Shown here in pieces: positions 10,808-20,836 of a stretch of 64,000 nucleotides of DNA. Each line of letters opens with the position of its first letter. The first letter of the stretch is position 1. The position numbers were made by a program, and so were the translations under genes. The notes under the pieces were generated by a model. That model ran no database searches and had not been told where the DNA came from. It saw nothing but the letters and a program-made list of their open reading frames with translations. Source of the DNA: a virus (lineage: Duplodnaviria; Caudoviricetes); the IMG/VR virus record IMGVR_UViG_3300031998_000003, positions 128,001 to 192,000 of that record. One strand, given 5' to 3'.

Positions 10808-11575
10808 ATGAAAGTTAAAGACATTATTCCTCCAAGTCGTTCAGAAGAAACCATGCTTGCTACAATGTTGATGCAGCAACATCGATTCAATGATCCGTTG
10901 TTTGAATCAATTGCGTTCAAAATCACTGTCGAGATTGATCATCCATCATATGCATTTCATCGGTTATACTGGGAAACCTGTTGTACAAAAACGGACTTTG
11001 CTGATGCACCACTGAGCGTCGATGGTAAGATTCTCGTAATGCGGTGTTCGTTATCTGAGTGCATCCAGCTGATTCAGAAATGCACACCACCGCGTTTCCA
11101 AACGAGACTGACTCAAGAGATGGTGACGATCGAAGATGTCACTGATCTTCTGAAGATGTATTTGACGGATCCGCAGACAGGATATCTGGAATATTATAAT
11201 AGTATCTTCAGTAAAGTGATGCATCTTGAGTATACCGATACCGGATTCAGACCAAACCTAGAAAAGATATCAGTGATGATGCATTATCACAAACATGACA
11301 ACGAATTCACATTAATTGTTGATGCATCAACTGTGTCTCTTGACGAGATTATGACACATAGCGTTATCGATCATGGTGCAATCCAACTTACATTGCAAGC
11401 ATACCATGAGAAAGAATGTGTCGATATGTATCATTTTATTGCAAAAACACCTCTGTTGATTGATAAGGTTTATACTGACACAAAATACGGTATTTGTGTT
11501 AGCTGTTATGCGACTGAAATCACTGAAGAAATGATCAGAAAGATCAGAGCTTGTTACAAGCCGATCATGAAATAA
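10808..11575 (+). CDS. Hypothetical protein, possibly a degenerate ThyX-like fold
   Basis: Start moved from 10487 to ATG 10808 behind GAAAGGA; only faint ThyX resemblance. Confidence 0.6.
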   Translation: MKVKDIIPPSRSEETMLATMLMQQHRFNDPLFESIAFKITVEIDHPSYAFHRLYWETCCTKTDFADAPLSVDGKILVMRCSLSECIQLIQKCTPPRFQTRLTQEMVTIEDVTDLLKMYLTDPQTGYLEYYNSIFSKVMHLEYTDTGFRPNLEKISVMMHYHKHDNEFTLIVDASTVSLDEIMTHSVIDHGAIQLTLQAYHEKECVDMYHFIAKTPLLIDKVYTDTKYGICVSCYATEITEEMIRKIRACYKPIMK

Positions 11576-11582
11576 AATATAA

Positions 11583-11616
11583 GGTGGGGGATTATCCCCC
11601 ACCGAATTTATTTTTT
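11583..11616 (+). terminator. Intrinsic terminator
   Basis: GGTGGGGGA-TTA-TCCCCCACC followed by a T-rich run. Confidence 0.8.
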
Positions 11617-11625
11617 CTTGAAACA

Positions 11626-11644
11626 CATATATGATTAACTTGAA
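11626..11644 (+). promoter_or_regulatory. Early-type promoter
   Basis: CATATATGATTAACTTGAA fits the recurring motif at the head of a long plus-strand cluster. Confidence 0.6.
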
Positions 11645-11706
11645 ATGGGGAGATCATAATCCGCAGATCTTACTATTTTAATATCCATGAAAGGAGATAT
11701 GCTGTT

Positions 11707-12237
11707 ATGACATTAACAACGTTAGGTTTCGTCGTTGGTATTGCTGGTTCGCTGTTGGCCGCATTCTTTGCGTTCATCAATCGTTTCGGTATGAATCAGC
11801 CGAGATACATGATCCCGATGCAGGGTCAGTATCAGACCACATATCAGTACGAAGCACCGGCATGGGGTGTCCCGGCTTATAATCAGCCTATGTACAATCA
11901 ACCCATGTACAACCAGCCGGTATACAATCAGCCGATGCCGCAGCAGATGCCTGTTCAGGCTCCTGTTGCAGATCCTGTTATGCAGAACACCATTAGCCCT
12001 TGGGCAAGAATGGCATATGTTACTGCACTTGCTAATGCACCCATCGTCAATAGCCAGACATATTCGAATGCTCCGGTTTATTCGACTAATAACATGGGTT
12101 GCAGCATGGGTGGTCCCAAGTGGGATCCGCCTATGATCAACTATTTCGGAGTGGGGAATGATATCAGACCTAGTCCGACGGGTAGTCCGCCAGGGTGGAA
12201 ACCACCGCAGTTTGTTCCACCCAGTGCATATTGGTGA
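11707..12237 (+). CDS. Membrane-anchored protein with a Q/P/Y/N-rich low-complexity tail
   Basis: RBS GAAAGGAG; N-terminal hydrophobic helix (LGFVVGIAGSLLAAFFAFI); YNQP[MV] x4. Confidence 0.8.
   Translation: MTLTTLGFVVGIAGSLLAAFFAFINRFGMNQPRYMIPMQGQYQTTYQYEAPAWGVPAYNQPMYNQPMYNQPVYNQPMPQQMPVQAPVADPVMQNTISPWARMAYVTALANAPIVNSQTYSNAPVYSTNNMGCSMGGPKWDPPMINYFGVGNDIRPSPTGSPPGWKPPQFVPPSAYW
11878..11937 (+). repeat. Four imperfect 15-bp coding repeats (YNQPM)
   Basis: tataatcagcctatg / tacaatcaacccatg / tacaaccagccggta / tacaatcagccgatg. Confidence 0.9.
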
Positions 12238-12296
12238 TATAATTACATCACCGAAATACCATTAAATACCATATTAATTAAGGAGGAACACGAACC

Positions 12297-12725
12297 ATGG
12301 CACAGCCCAATGATCTTGTGGAAGCCGTATTTACCGGACAGAAGCTCGGTAACGCCATGACAAATGGTGCAATCGATCTGATCAACAGTGTCTCGAATTC
12401 GATTTCCAATGTGCAGAATCAGCTTGCAAATCCTGGTGCTCCTGTGATGCAACCCCAACCTGAATTCGATCAGTTCAGTAGACGTAACTGGGGTGGTGGT
12501 GGATTTAATCCGCAACCTCAGCCGCAGCCGGGAATGCCGATGATGCAGCCTCAACAGAACACATATACGCCCGCCACGTATGTGTGGGGTACCCCGAATC
12601 AGGGTCACGGCGTTTCATCGTCTGATTATCCTGGAATCTCGAATCCCTCATATGGGAAAACTGGATATGTCGGTGCAACATTCCAGAATTTCGGGAATAG
12701 CAGTTCTCCGTGGGGTACATGGTAA
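12297..12725 (+). CDS. Q/P/G/N-rich low-complexity (prion-like) protein
   Basis: RBS AGGAGGAAC; composition; DQFSRRN motif. Confidence 0.8.
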   Translation: MAQPNDLVEAVFTGQKLGNAMTNGAIDLINSVSNSISNVQNQLANPGAPVMQPQPEFDQFSRRNWGGGGFNPQPQPQPGMPMMQPQQNTYTPATYVWGTPNQGHGVSSSDYPGISNPSYGKTGYVGATFQNFGNSSSPWGTW

Positions 12726-13096
12726 TGACCTTTATTGAGTTCTGCGAAAAGTTAACCATTCAATTGGAGATCACACTTCCGGATGCACCGACCGGAAGTG
12801 ATCTCGCTCCTGAGCTGGAGAGTCGTGTTAATGGCTTGGTTGCGTCGATTCGTAATCAGAAGAATCGTCTCGACAGAGTACCGCTCGCATTTGTTCAGCA
12901 TGCGCTTGAAGATACGGATATTGTCAGCAGTTGTCTTGAACAATTTGATGACGGTAATATCCCGGATGCTTTGTTCGAAACGCTTGCGATGAAGTTGTAC
13001 GAAACCAAGTTCAACGATCTCGATATACAGCATCAGAATATAATTGAAATCCTGTCAGTGTACATTATCGTATCCACCGTACAGGATTCCAATTAA
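12719..13096 (+). CDS. Hypothetical acidic protein
   Basis: Overlaps the upstream stop (ATG at 12719, or TAATG coupling at 12725). Confidence 0.7.
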   Translation: MVMTFIEFCEKLTIQLEITLPDAPTGSDLAPELESRVNGLVASIRNQKNRLDRVPLAFVQHALEDTDIVSSCLEQFDDGNIPDALFETLAMKLYETKFNDLDIQHQNIIEILSVYIIVSTVQDSN

Positions 13097-13117
13097 ATAA
13101 TCAAGGAGGAACACACA

Positions 13118-13789
13118 ATGAATTTCAAAGGTAATGTCAGCGCAAATGAAGTTCCGGTAAAGTTCTATCGGTTCTCCGCATCGGATGTCGTCAGACATCT
13201 CCAGGATCAGCTCGGTTTCCAGATCAAGGCGGATTTTCGCGTATGGGACAATCGTGCTGAATGGGAAAAGCCCGGCACTGTCGGTAAGTGCTACGTGATC
13301 ATGCGTGCAATCTTCCGTCCTGAGGACGTGACGATTCCGCAGAACGCTGCAACTTATGCCGAGCGTCAGATCATGGCAATGGGTGCAGGTGTCCAGATGC
13401 AGAAGGATGTTATGGATACCCTGAAGCCGTTCATGTTCCCGCAGAATATGCCGAATATCCAGTGGCAGCCGGATGAGCTTGCACGTTTTGCAACAATGGG
13501 TATTCATGGCAATCGTCTGCAGGAGCTGATTAATCGCCCGGGCATTTTCTATGATCGCGAGAATAATCACTACGGCGTCTATCTGCGTCCTGAGCGTATC
13601 CTGAATGATATCTTCATCGATACTGCAACTGGTCAACCGGCAGGTCTTGTTGACATCATCAATGTTCGTGATTCTGAACAGGCTGAGGCTATCCAGTGGG
13701 ATATGCTTCTCTGGACGAACAAGGCTTCTGGCACATCCGGTTATGGTGTTACCATCGACGACGTGTTCGGTCAGCAGATTCCGCAGTAA
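13118..13789 (+). CDS. Hypothetical protein, 223 aa
   Basis: RBS AGGAGGAACACACA; biased codon usage; hairpin at 13810-13832 follows. Confidence 0.8.
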   Translation: MNFKGNVSANEVPVKFYRFSASDVVRHLQDQLGFQIKADFRVWDNRAEWEKPGTVGKCYVIMRAIFRPEDVTIPQNAATYAERQIMAMGAGVQMQKDVMDTLKPFMFPQNMPNIQWQPDELARFATMGIHGNRLQELINRPGIFYDRENNHYGVYLRPERILNDIFIDTATGQPAGLVDIINVRDSEQAEAIQWDMLLWTNKASGTSGYGVTIDDVFGQQIPQ

Positions 13790-13861
13790 TAAAATCCCAG
13801 TGATAAGTGAGTGGCGGGTTAAACCCGCCACTTGCTTTATCATTATGAAAGGAGGGAGAGT

Positions 13862-14923
13862 ATGGAACTCGATATTTCAGCAATGATCGATAAAGTCGAG
13901 ACCTTTATCGAAGGTGGATGGAGAACTGATACATGTCTGACTGTTGGCGGAATGGCAGGCACATTGACGTTCAAAAATGTTCTGAATGCAATCGTCAAAA
14001 CTGTAGACTTCAACAAGATCATGATTGTTGATGGGTGTAGAGACTATATCGGTCTAGCAAGAAGATCGGTACCAAACTACCTCTTCTACCAAGATCTGTT
14101 TCGTCACATGCCTTCTCCTGATTTGATTGATCTGGTGGATCCTATGCGTGTTCGGGTTGTATTCCCGAAAGAGGGTCATATCCTGTACTTCAATATGAAT
14201 ATGGTGAAAAACTTCGACGTGATGTTGGTCAACAACGCACAGCTGATACCGTATGAGTATATGAAAATGATCAAGACACAATTCTGTGGAAAGCTGGTTC
14301 TGATTGTGGATCCATTTGAGATTCATGCAGAGAATTATGCTAGAGAAGATTATGTGACTGACGTATTGTCAAAACAATCAATGAACATTGCATTTGCCAG
14401 AAGTCTGTTTGATGTTGAAACACGAGCTATTGATCGTAAGGTTCGTTGCAGCTGTGAACAGATCAAAATGGCTAGACGTTCCATAGGTAAAGCTGATACG
14501 AAGCAGTACATCACAAATTCAGATGCGGTGCTGAATGAAGTGCGTGAAAAGCAATATCGTATCGGTGCAGCCAGACGGAATATGAGATTCGTTCTAAAGG
14601 AGGATTACATCACGTTCTTACCGGACCAGGATGAACGTTTGATTACTCTCGGTCCACAGACGATGTTTTCTGTCATGTCTGTTACAAAGACTCTGTTGAA
14701 GTTGCGGATTCATTCAACGCAGTCTCAGATTTGGTCTTCGATTTCATATAAACCGAAGACTGGTGGTTTGTATGTCGAACCAGCAAATATCATATCATTA
14801 GATCAAGCAGTACATCACCGATTTAAAGACGTGGTAATGGTATTGGGCGAAGAGCCCATGACAAAACGACAGTGGTATACACTGTTGAAAATCGCCAACA
14901 ATATTTCTATTGTAAATTTCTGA
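13862..14923 (+). CDS. Degenerate RecD2/Dda-like SF1B helicase homolog, probably ATPase-dead
   Basis: GGMAGTLTF (Walker A lacks GKT), MLVNNAQL (Walker B lacks DE), LIVDPFEI, LDQAVHHRFKDVVMV and RQWYTLLKIA occur in SF1B motif order; start moved to ATG 13862 behind GAAAGGAGG. Confidence 0.6.
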   Translation: MELDISAMIDKVETFIEGGWRTDTCLTVGGMAGTLTFKNVLNAIVKTVDFNKIMIVDGCRDYIGLARRSVPNYLFYQDLFRHMPSPDLIDLVDPMRVRVVFPKEGHILYFNMNMVKNFDVMLVNNAQLIPYEYMKMIKTQFCGKLVLIVDPFEIHAENYAREDYVTDVLSKQSMNIAFARSLFDVETRAIDRKVRCSCEQIKMARRSIGKADTKQYITNSDAVLNEVREKQYRIGAARRNMRFVLKEDYITFLPDQDERLITLGPQTMFSVMSVTKTLLKLRIHSTQSQIWSSISYKPKTGGLYVEPANIISLDQAVHHRFKDVVMVLGEEPMTKRQWYTLLKIANNISIVNF

Positions 14924-14935
14924 GGTGTAGTTGAT

Positions 14936-15565
14936 ATGAGACGGAAAATGCTAAAGAACGAATGCAATGTCTTCCGAAAAACTGTTCCACGGTTGTTTGA
15001 AATGATCTGCTCAATGGACAAAATGATGACAAAAATCATTGGACGTGAAAGTTATTCATTTGATCAAGTCACTGTTATTGAAAAGATGACTTATGACGTA
15101 ATCGCAGTGTCTTGCGTGTATCGTGATAATTTCTTCTTTAATAAGGTCAAACTGGGATCGTTAAATGCATCACTTTCAGGATTATCTGATATCGTTGGTG
15201 ATCTGGAAAAAGTTGCCAGAGAAGCTGATGGACTGGCAGTCACGATTCGTGATTCCATAAAACTCTATCAGCAAAACGAAGATCATATTGAAAAACCTGA
15301 TAATTTTGAGTTTAAACTCCTACAGCTCGATATGCAATTAGGCGAGAAGTTTTTTGAAATTCGAAGAGCTTACTTGATGATTCGCTCATTATTAATGGAT
15401 TTAAGATTCATTGTCATGCGGGATTACACCAGGATCCTAATGGGCGTTGATCTGATTCAGGAATATAAGCGTTCTCAAAAAGGGGCTCGACGAATTGTAA
15501 TAAAAGCTTTACCGCTTGAAGAATTTGCAAAATTGAACCATAAAGGAGGAGATTCTGATGAATGA
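14936..15565 (+). CDS. Hypothetical protein, 209 aa
   Basis: RBS GAGGTG; within the operon. Confidence 0.7.
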   Translation: MRRKMLKNECNVFRKTVPRLFEMICSMDKMMTKIIGRESYSFDQVTVIEKMTYDVIAVSCVYRDNFFFNKVKLGSLNASLSGLSDIVGDLEKVAREADGLAVTIRDSIKLYQQNEDHIEKPDNFEFKLLQLDMQLGEKFFEIRRAYLMIRSLLMDLRFIVMRDYTRILMGVDLIQEYKRSQKGARRIVIKALPLEEFAKLNHKGGDSDE

Positions 15566-17318
15566 TGATCAGTTGGCTTTGGCTGCTGGTTACGAGCGTG
15601 TATATGATTATACGCAGTACAGTCATGAGAATCATGTAAACGTCATCCCGGAAGAAGCATTTGACCGACTCGTCAAAGACACATTCTCAACAATCGCCGA
15701 TACTCTTCGCAAAACGTATGGTCCGTATGCATCAACGGTTCTGATCTCTGAAATGAATGAGATGAGTGCAACCAAAGACGGATACAACGTGTTTAGCGCA
15801 ATATCATTCAGTCAGCCGTACAAGCAGATGGTTTACCGCACCATCAAAAAGATCATCGACGACGTGAATGAAAATGTCGGTGATGGCACAACTTCGTGTA
15901 TCCTGCTGGCTGAAAAGATGTACGGCGAGATCAAGAAGACTCTGACCACGGTTGAACACAAGATGCAGATTCTTTCTGTTCTTACAAACATTGAGAACTA
16001 TCTCAAGGATCGGACGTTCGTGGAAAAAGACACTGAAGCCGGAATTATTAAGCCGCTGACTCGGAAAGCACTGGATCGATTGATCAATGTTGCTGACAAC
16101 TACGACTCGGAACTCGCGCAAATTGTCTATGATGCATTGAATCCAAAGTTCGATAACGACACGGATGAAGATGCAGCGGTTACAGACATCAACAATGTTG
16201 TTGTTAAGAGTTTCATAACACGTGATATTTCATGTGCTTCTACAACATACAAAGTTGATCATTTGCCGGGTGATTACCGCATTAACTGCTATATCGAAAA
16301 TGAGGATATGCGTTGGTGGTATTCTGAGGGTCGTGATGTAAATGTCGCGATTTACGATCACAAGTTCGGTGATTCCGATTGGGATTTCTTCATGAACAAA
16401 TACGATCTCGTCACACCGACGTTGATTATCGCCAGAGACTTCAACAAGGAATTCCTTGAGACGACATTCGTGAGATGGCATCGTCAACGGGCTATCGCAG
16501 ATAAGGATCATGGAGCACCGATGACATTCTGTATCATTAAGAGTGATACGCTAAAGGATGATATCGCTGACTTGGCTGCTGCACTTGGAACATCTCCGAT
16601 CGGAATGAAGTCTGTTGCACTGGATCATAGTCTGCTTCCGAAAGTTCATGCTCAGCTGTATGATCACACGATCATGTGCTTTAACATGAATGCTATTCCA
16701 ACGGAATATATTCGGGCGCTGAAATATGAAATGGATGCGGATACACGAAACAGTATGGTTATCAACAAACTGTATCGTGCACGTATTCGTGCGTTGGAGA
16801 ACACTGCAAATGACACCCTGGTCACAATCACATCAGCATCATCTCTTGAATCCAAGATGATTGGTGATAAGGTTGAAGACTGTTTGGCAATAGCTTCTTC
16901 AGCAATGGAATATGGCATCGTTCCAAATCTGTTTGCGTACGGCTATCATCGTATTGATCAGTATCAGTCCATGCATGAAGATGATCCGATTGTTGAGTCT
17001 GTAACACATGCGATTCTAATTTCTATCCATGGTTTGTTTGAAGAAATTTTCAGGTCAAAACACGGTGATAATTATCAGGAACGCTGCAGGGCGATTCAAG
17101 ATGAGATCTATAAGGATCCGTCATGCTCATTTGATATCAAACGTGAAGCATATACTGAAATCGAGGAATTCCCGACATCTGCACAGTATGACCTTGAGGT
17201 GATCTCGGCAACCATCGAGATTGTGAAGTATCTGCTGACATCTCGTGCATGTGTATTTGACGGAAATCTTCTGAAACCTACAGACGACACAGGGCGATAT
17301 GTACCAATCGGAATGTAA
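15558..17318 (+). CDS. groEL: GroEL-like phage chaperonin
   Basis: TYGP, TKDG, VGDGTTS, VEDCL and GIVP motifs; 586 aa. Confidence 0.9.
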   Translation: MNDDQLALAAGYERVYDYTQYSHENHVNVIPEEAFDRLVKDTFSTIADTLRKTYGPYASTVLISEMNEMSATKDGYNVFSAISFSQPYKQMVYRTIKKIIDDVNENVGDGTTSCILLAEKMYGEIKKTLTTVEHKMQILSVLTNIENYLKDRTFVEKDTEAGIIKPLTRKALDRLINVADNYDSELAQIVYDALNPKFDNDTDEDAAVTDINNVVVKSFITRDISCASTTYKVDHLPGDYRINCYIENEDMRWWYSEGRDVNVAIYDHKFGDSDWDFFMNKYDLVTPTLIIARDFNKEFLETTFVRWHRQRAIADKDHGAPMTFCIIKSDTLKDDIADLAAALGTSPIGMKSVALDHSLLPKVHAQLYDHTIMCFNMNAIPTEYIRALKYEMDADTRNSMVINKLYRARIRALENTANDTLVTITSASSLESKMIGDKVEDCLAIASSAMEYGIVPNLFAYGYHRIDQYQSMHEDDPIVESVTHAILISIHGLFEEIFRSKHGDNYQERCRAIQDEIYKDPSCSFDIKREAYTEIEEFPTSAQYDLEVISATIEIVKYLLTSRACVFDGNLLKPTDDTGRYVPIGM

Positions 17319-17404
17319 AGGAATGGGCGGCTTCGGCCGCCCAATTCTAATTTCAATTTCCGATGAACAGAATAATACAATTTTTAGATTCGGTGGTGAA
17401 AATT

Positions 17405-18647
17405 ATGCCTCGTAAAACATTGAAAGCAAATATTTGGAGAAATATTGCTTCTGTGCTGTCTTCCGATAATACCCAATGGAAATCCGCAAAGAATATCGTG
17501 CTGTTTGCGCGTGTTATATCGGTATATCCATCTAAGAACCCGTTGTATTCTGTATGTGAAAGATTGATTCATTTCACAGAACAGAATATTCGTTCGGTGT
17601 CACTCGTGATTGAAACAATGCGTGAAGAAGGAGAAGACCCTGAAATCATATCGCTGATTGAATCATTGCGAGAGAAGCCGACGATCACAACTTCTGCAGA
17701 AGTATTGCGGTTGTGTACGGTTCTTGCTGATTATGTAAAGTATGCAAAGGTACTGAAAGTCAAGGATTCGTTCTTGGGGTCTCTTGATCTGATTGATGAA
17801 GACGATGCGAACATCAAGGAATCTGTTGATAAAGTCTATAAGCTTGCAGTCGAGATTGTGAATGCTTATGATTCTGCTGCGTATCATGAGGTCGCACATT
17901 CATTCGACACGAATAATCTGGAGCAGATGCGTAATGTTATGGCAGATGCAAAGGATTCTCGTTCAGCAGATAAGACAATCATTACCGGTATTCGAGGATT
18001 GAACAATCTCTTGTCACCCGGGTACTTGTCAGGATGCTTGTATATTTATGCAGCATTACCTGGGTGCTACAAGAGTGGTATCCTACTTGAGTCACATGTT
18101 GACACTTGTAAGTACAATGAGCATATCAAGAATACGACAAACGGAAAGACACCAATATCAATGTATATCTCTATGGAGAATACAATGACACAGACGGTTC
18201 GTCGTCTATGGGCAATCCTATTTCCAAATGCTGACTTGTCAATGTTTACAGTTGATGAGACAATTGAAATGATCGAACGCGAATTGACATCTAAGGGATT
18301 TCGATCTGTGATTCTGTATTACGGATACAGAGAGAAATCGACAGCAGACCTGTATGAGATCATCCGTGGTTATAACGACGATAAGCACGTTGTCGTCGCA
18401 TTGTATCTCGATTATATCAAGCGAATTCGTTCTGCACGTACAGATGCTGCAGCAATGCAGTCTGAGAAGTCTGAGCTGCACGCAATTATGAACGAATTGA
18501 AAACCATTGCATCTCAATTTGATATTCCTGTCGTGTCAGGACACCAGTTGAATAGAGCAGCTGCTCAAGCGATTGATGATATCCGTAGACAAGGTGGATT
18601 CAATAAAGCTTCTGAAGCTCTTGGCAGATCCCATATCGGAACTGCGT
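17405..18647 (+). CDS. dnaB: DnaB-like replicative helicase, exon 1
   Basis: IITGIRGLNNLL, Walker A AALPGCYKS, YISMEN, YLDYI, LKTIASQFDIPVVSGHQLNR; start is 17405 or 17363. Confidence 0.9.
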
Positions 18648-19153
18648 AAAATCTTGCGCCTTGATGTAGTAATACATCTCGAAAAACCTTTTTAATTGCT
18701 GGGAACTCGTAACGAAATGTCGGGATGACAATGTCAGAGAATCAGCAGCCAAGTTACCATCAAGACCCCTACAATGAAAGGGGTTGATATGTTATGACTG
18801 ATTGAATTTCATGTTACTGAAAACACTTTGCGCAATATTATATCAAAGCGAACTTATCGATCCATATCTGATAAATACTTTGATAAAAACACAATTCGGT
18901 CTTGATGGTAAAAGGTTCAACGACTATCGAAACTAACGGTGTTAATCACCAAATAAGTCAATACATTCGTATTGACGAAAGGAGTAGAGTAGCGCCAAGT
19001 GGTTCGGGTGTAGAGTAATCATCTAGTAATTCCCGATTAAAGCGAAATGGAAGGGGTCTCACAAGAGATCGTGATATAGTCTGACCATCCATTGTAATGA
19101 TGGAGAAGTTCATAAGAGAACTGCATGGATTAACGACCCATGTGAACATAGTG
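18648..19153 (+). mobile_element. Group I self-splicing intron, 506 nt, with no intact ORF
   Basis: Conserved cores P AATTGCTGGGAA, Q AATCAGCAGCC, R GTTCAACGACTA and S GATATAGTCT. P1 pairs exon GCGU with GCGC, giving U.G at the splice site. The intron ends in G at 19153. P10 pairs AAUCUU with GAGAUU. Splicing restores the frame GTA-W-EIMEVADW. Confidence 0.93.
18789..18905 (+). pseudogene. Remnant of an intron-encoded homing endonuclease gene
   Basis: RBS GAAAGGGG then ATG TTA TGA, followed in frame by FHVTENTLRNIISKRTYRSISDKYF; looped out by a 14-bp stem (18754-18767 with 18898-18911). Confidence 0.55.
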
Positions 19154-19410
19154 GGGAGATTATGGAAGTTGCAGACTGGTTGGCAGAAATGAATATTGAG
19201 AATAATGGTGAAACAAAGATGTTGTATATCGATGCGGTGAAGCAAAGAGATGTTGACTCGAATGGTACCGATGTTCGTATCACTACGATTCGTCATCCGT
19301 TCTTGTCACCTGAATCATTTGCGTTGCGCACAGATATCAATGAGAATTGCTCGATATCTATCCCAGTCTATCACGGACAACAACAGATCAATTACATGGC
19401 GAATATTTGA
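19154..19410 (+). CDS. dnaB: DnaB-like helicase, exon 2
   Basis: Supplies IMEVADW and the arginine-finger-like KQR; in frame after intron removal. Confidence 0.88.
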
Positions 19411-19420
19411 TTCACAAACG

Positions 19421-19439
19421 TGTATATTATTAATTTGAC
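19421..19439 (+). promoter_or_regulatory. Early-type promoter
   Basis: TGTATATTATTAATTTGAC. Confidence 0.65.
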
Positions 19440-19493
19440 AAAAGGCCACAATGTGGTATCTGGCGTCGAATATTTTAAGAGGAGGAACATCCA

Positions 19494-20153
19494 ATGATTG
19501 AGACCTATCAGAGGAATGTGCTCAGTCCGAATGCAACGGTCGACTATGCATCAGAGATGATGCAGCGTTACAGACCGGAAAACCTGCAGTGCGAACCCAT
19601 GATTGGGTTGCGGGTTTTGCTGAAGGATCTCAATGCACGCGTGACAGATCCGAAGACCAGACTGTCACAGATCGATGCCTACATGGGCGTCAATGCGAAT
19701 TGCGGAGGTGTGCTCCGTGGCACAGGCTGTATTCTCAGAGAGACGATGCCTAATGAGATGCAGGATGGGCTGTGGCTGATCACCTTCCCGGTTCCTACAT
19801 CGGTTCTGATGCAGATTCTCTCGAACATGTCAAATGTACTGACATTCATGCGTGAAAATCTCGGTATCGAATCAACCGAGGTGATTGAGATTAATGCATC
19901 TGGCAGGTGTCCTGTCGCGGAAGAAAGCAATCGTCTCGGTATGGTACAGATTGTGCCGCCGTATAACATGGTGCTTGCTCCGCCGAACAACAGCCCGTAT
20001 AAAATTGGGCATATCACCAGAATCAACGACATGTTTGCTCTGTTGCGAACACGTTGGGATTGGTCTAAATTCCGTGTACCGGGAAAGATCGATTACCACG
20101 TAAACGACATCATGTTGCTTTCTCAGCTGATGGTAAACATGTTCGTCAGATAA
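19494..20153 (+). CDS. Hypothetical protein, 219 aa
   Basis: RBS AGGAGGAACATCCA. Confidence 0.8.
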   Translation: MIETYQRNVLSPNATVDYASEMMQRYRPENLQCEPMIGLRVLLKDLNARVTDPKTRLSQIDAYMGVNANCGGVLRGTGCILRETMPNEMQDGLWLITFPVPTSVLMQILSNMSNVLTFMRENLGIESTEVIEINASGRCPVAEESNRLGMVQIVPPYNMVLAPPNNSPYKIGHITRINDMFALLRTRWDWSKFRVPGKIDYHVNDIMLLSQLMVNMFVR

Positions 20154-20172
20154 AAACAAGGAGGAACACACA

Positions 20173-20817
20173 ATGAACATTTACAACACAAATCCAGAGT
20201 GGAATCCGGACTATCCGGTTCCGAACGGGTATGGCTTCGAGCAGTATTGCTATCAGCAGGCCGCTCCGTCAATGGAGTATTATTATACCGGCCAGAGCAT
20301 CTATCCGGTTAATAATGATCCGTATTCCCGCCGTAATCAGCCGACTTCAGCACAGCAGCCGGCACCGTTTGCTCAGTCGAATGGTATTCCGCAGGCTCCG
20401 GCGGCAGGCTGGGGTTTCAATCAGCTTGCTGAAGCACGTCGCATGCAGCAGCCGATGGCACCTGCACCTGGATTCGCTGCACCGCAACCGCAACAGTATC
20501 AGAATCCGTGGGGAGCACCGGCTCAGGTCAACTTCGCTGCAAGTCCTTGGGATGCTGCTCCACAGATCGGTTATTCGTCTCCGGCTCCGTACATTGATCC
20601 GGCTTATGTGAATGCGGCGATGGCTCATCAGAATGCATTCTCTGTTCAGCCGATGTTCAATGCACCTGTGGCTCCGGCGATTGACTGGACTAACAAGAAT
20701 TCTTACGCTGTTGACACGGCTAAGTATGAACCGGTTCAGTTTCAGCAGGTAGCTCAGATTCCTGTTCAGCAGAATCTGCTTGATCAGGTAAAGATGAACT
20801 TTGCTGATCACAAGTAA
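20173..20817 (+). CDS. Q/P/A/Y-rich low-complexity (prion-like) protein
   Basis: RBS AGGAGGAACACACA; composition with spaced aromatics; DPYSRRN motif. Confidence 0.8.
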   Translation: MNIYNTNPEWNPDYPVPNGYGFEQYCYQQAAPSMEYYYTGQSIYPVNNDPYSRRNQPTSAQQPAPFAQSNGIPQAPAAGWGFNQLAEARRMQQPMAPAPGFAAPQPQQYQNPWGAPAQVNFAASPWDAAPQIGYSSPAPYIDPAYVNAAMAHQNAFSVQPMFNAPVAPAIDWTNKNSYAVDTAKYEPVQFQQVAQIPVQQNLLDQVKMNFADHK

Positions 20818-20836
20818 TTGAAAAGGAGGGTTCCGT

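Noticed and set aside
18958-19296. Minus-strand 112-aa ORF as an intron endonuclease
   Set aside because: Antisense to the intron core and exon 2, with no nuclease motifs.
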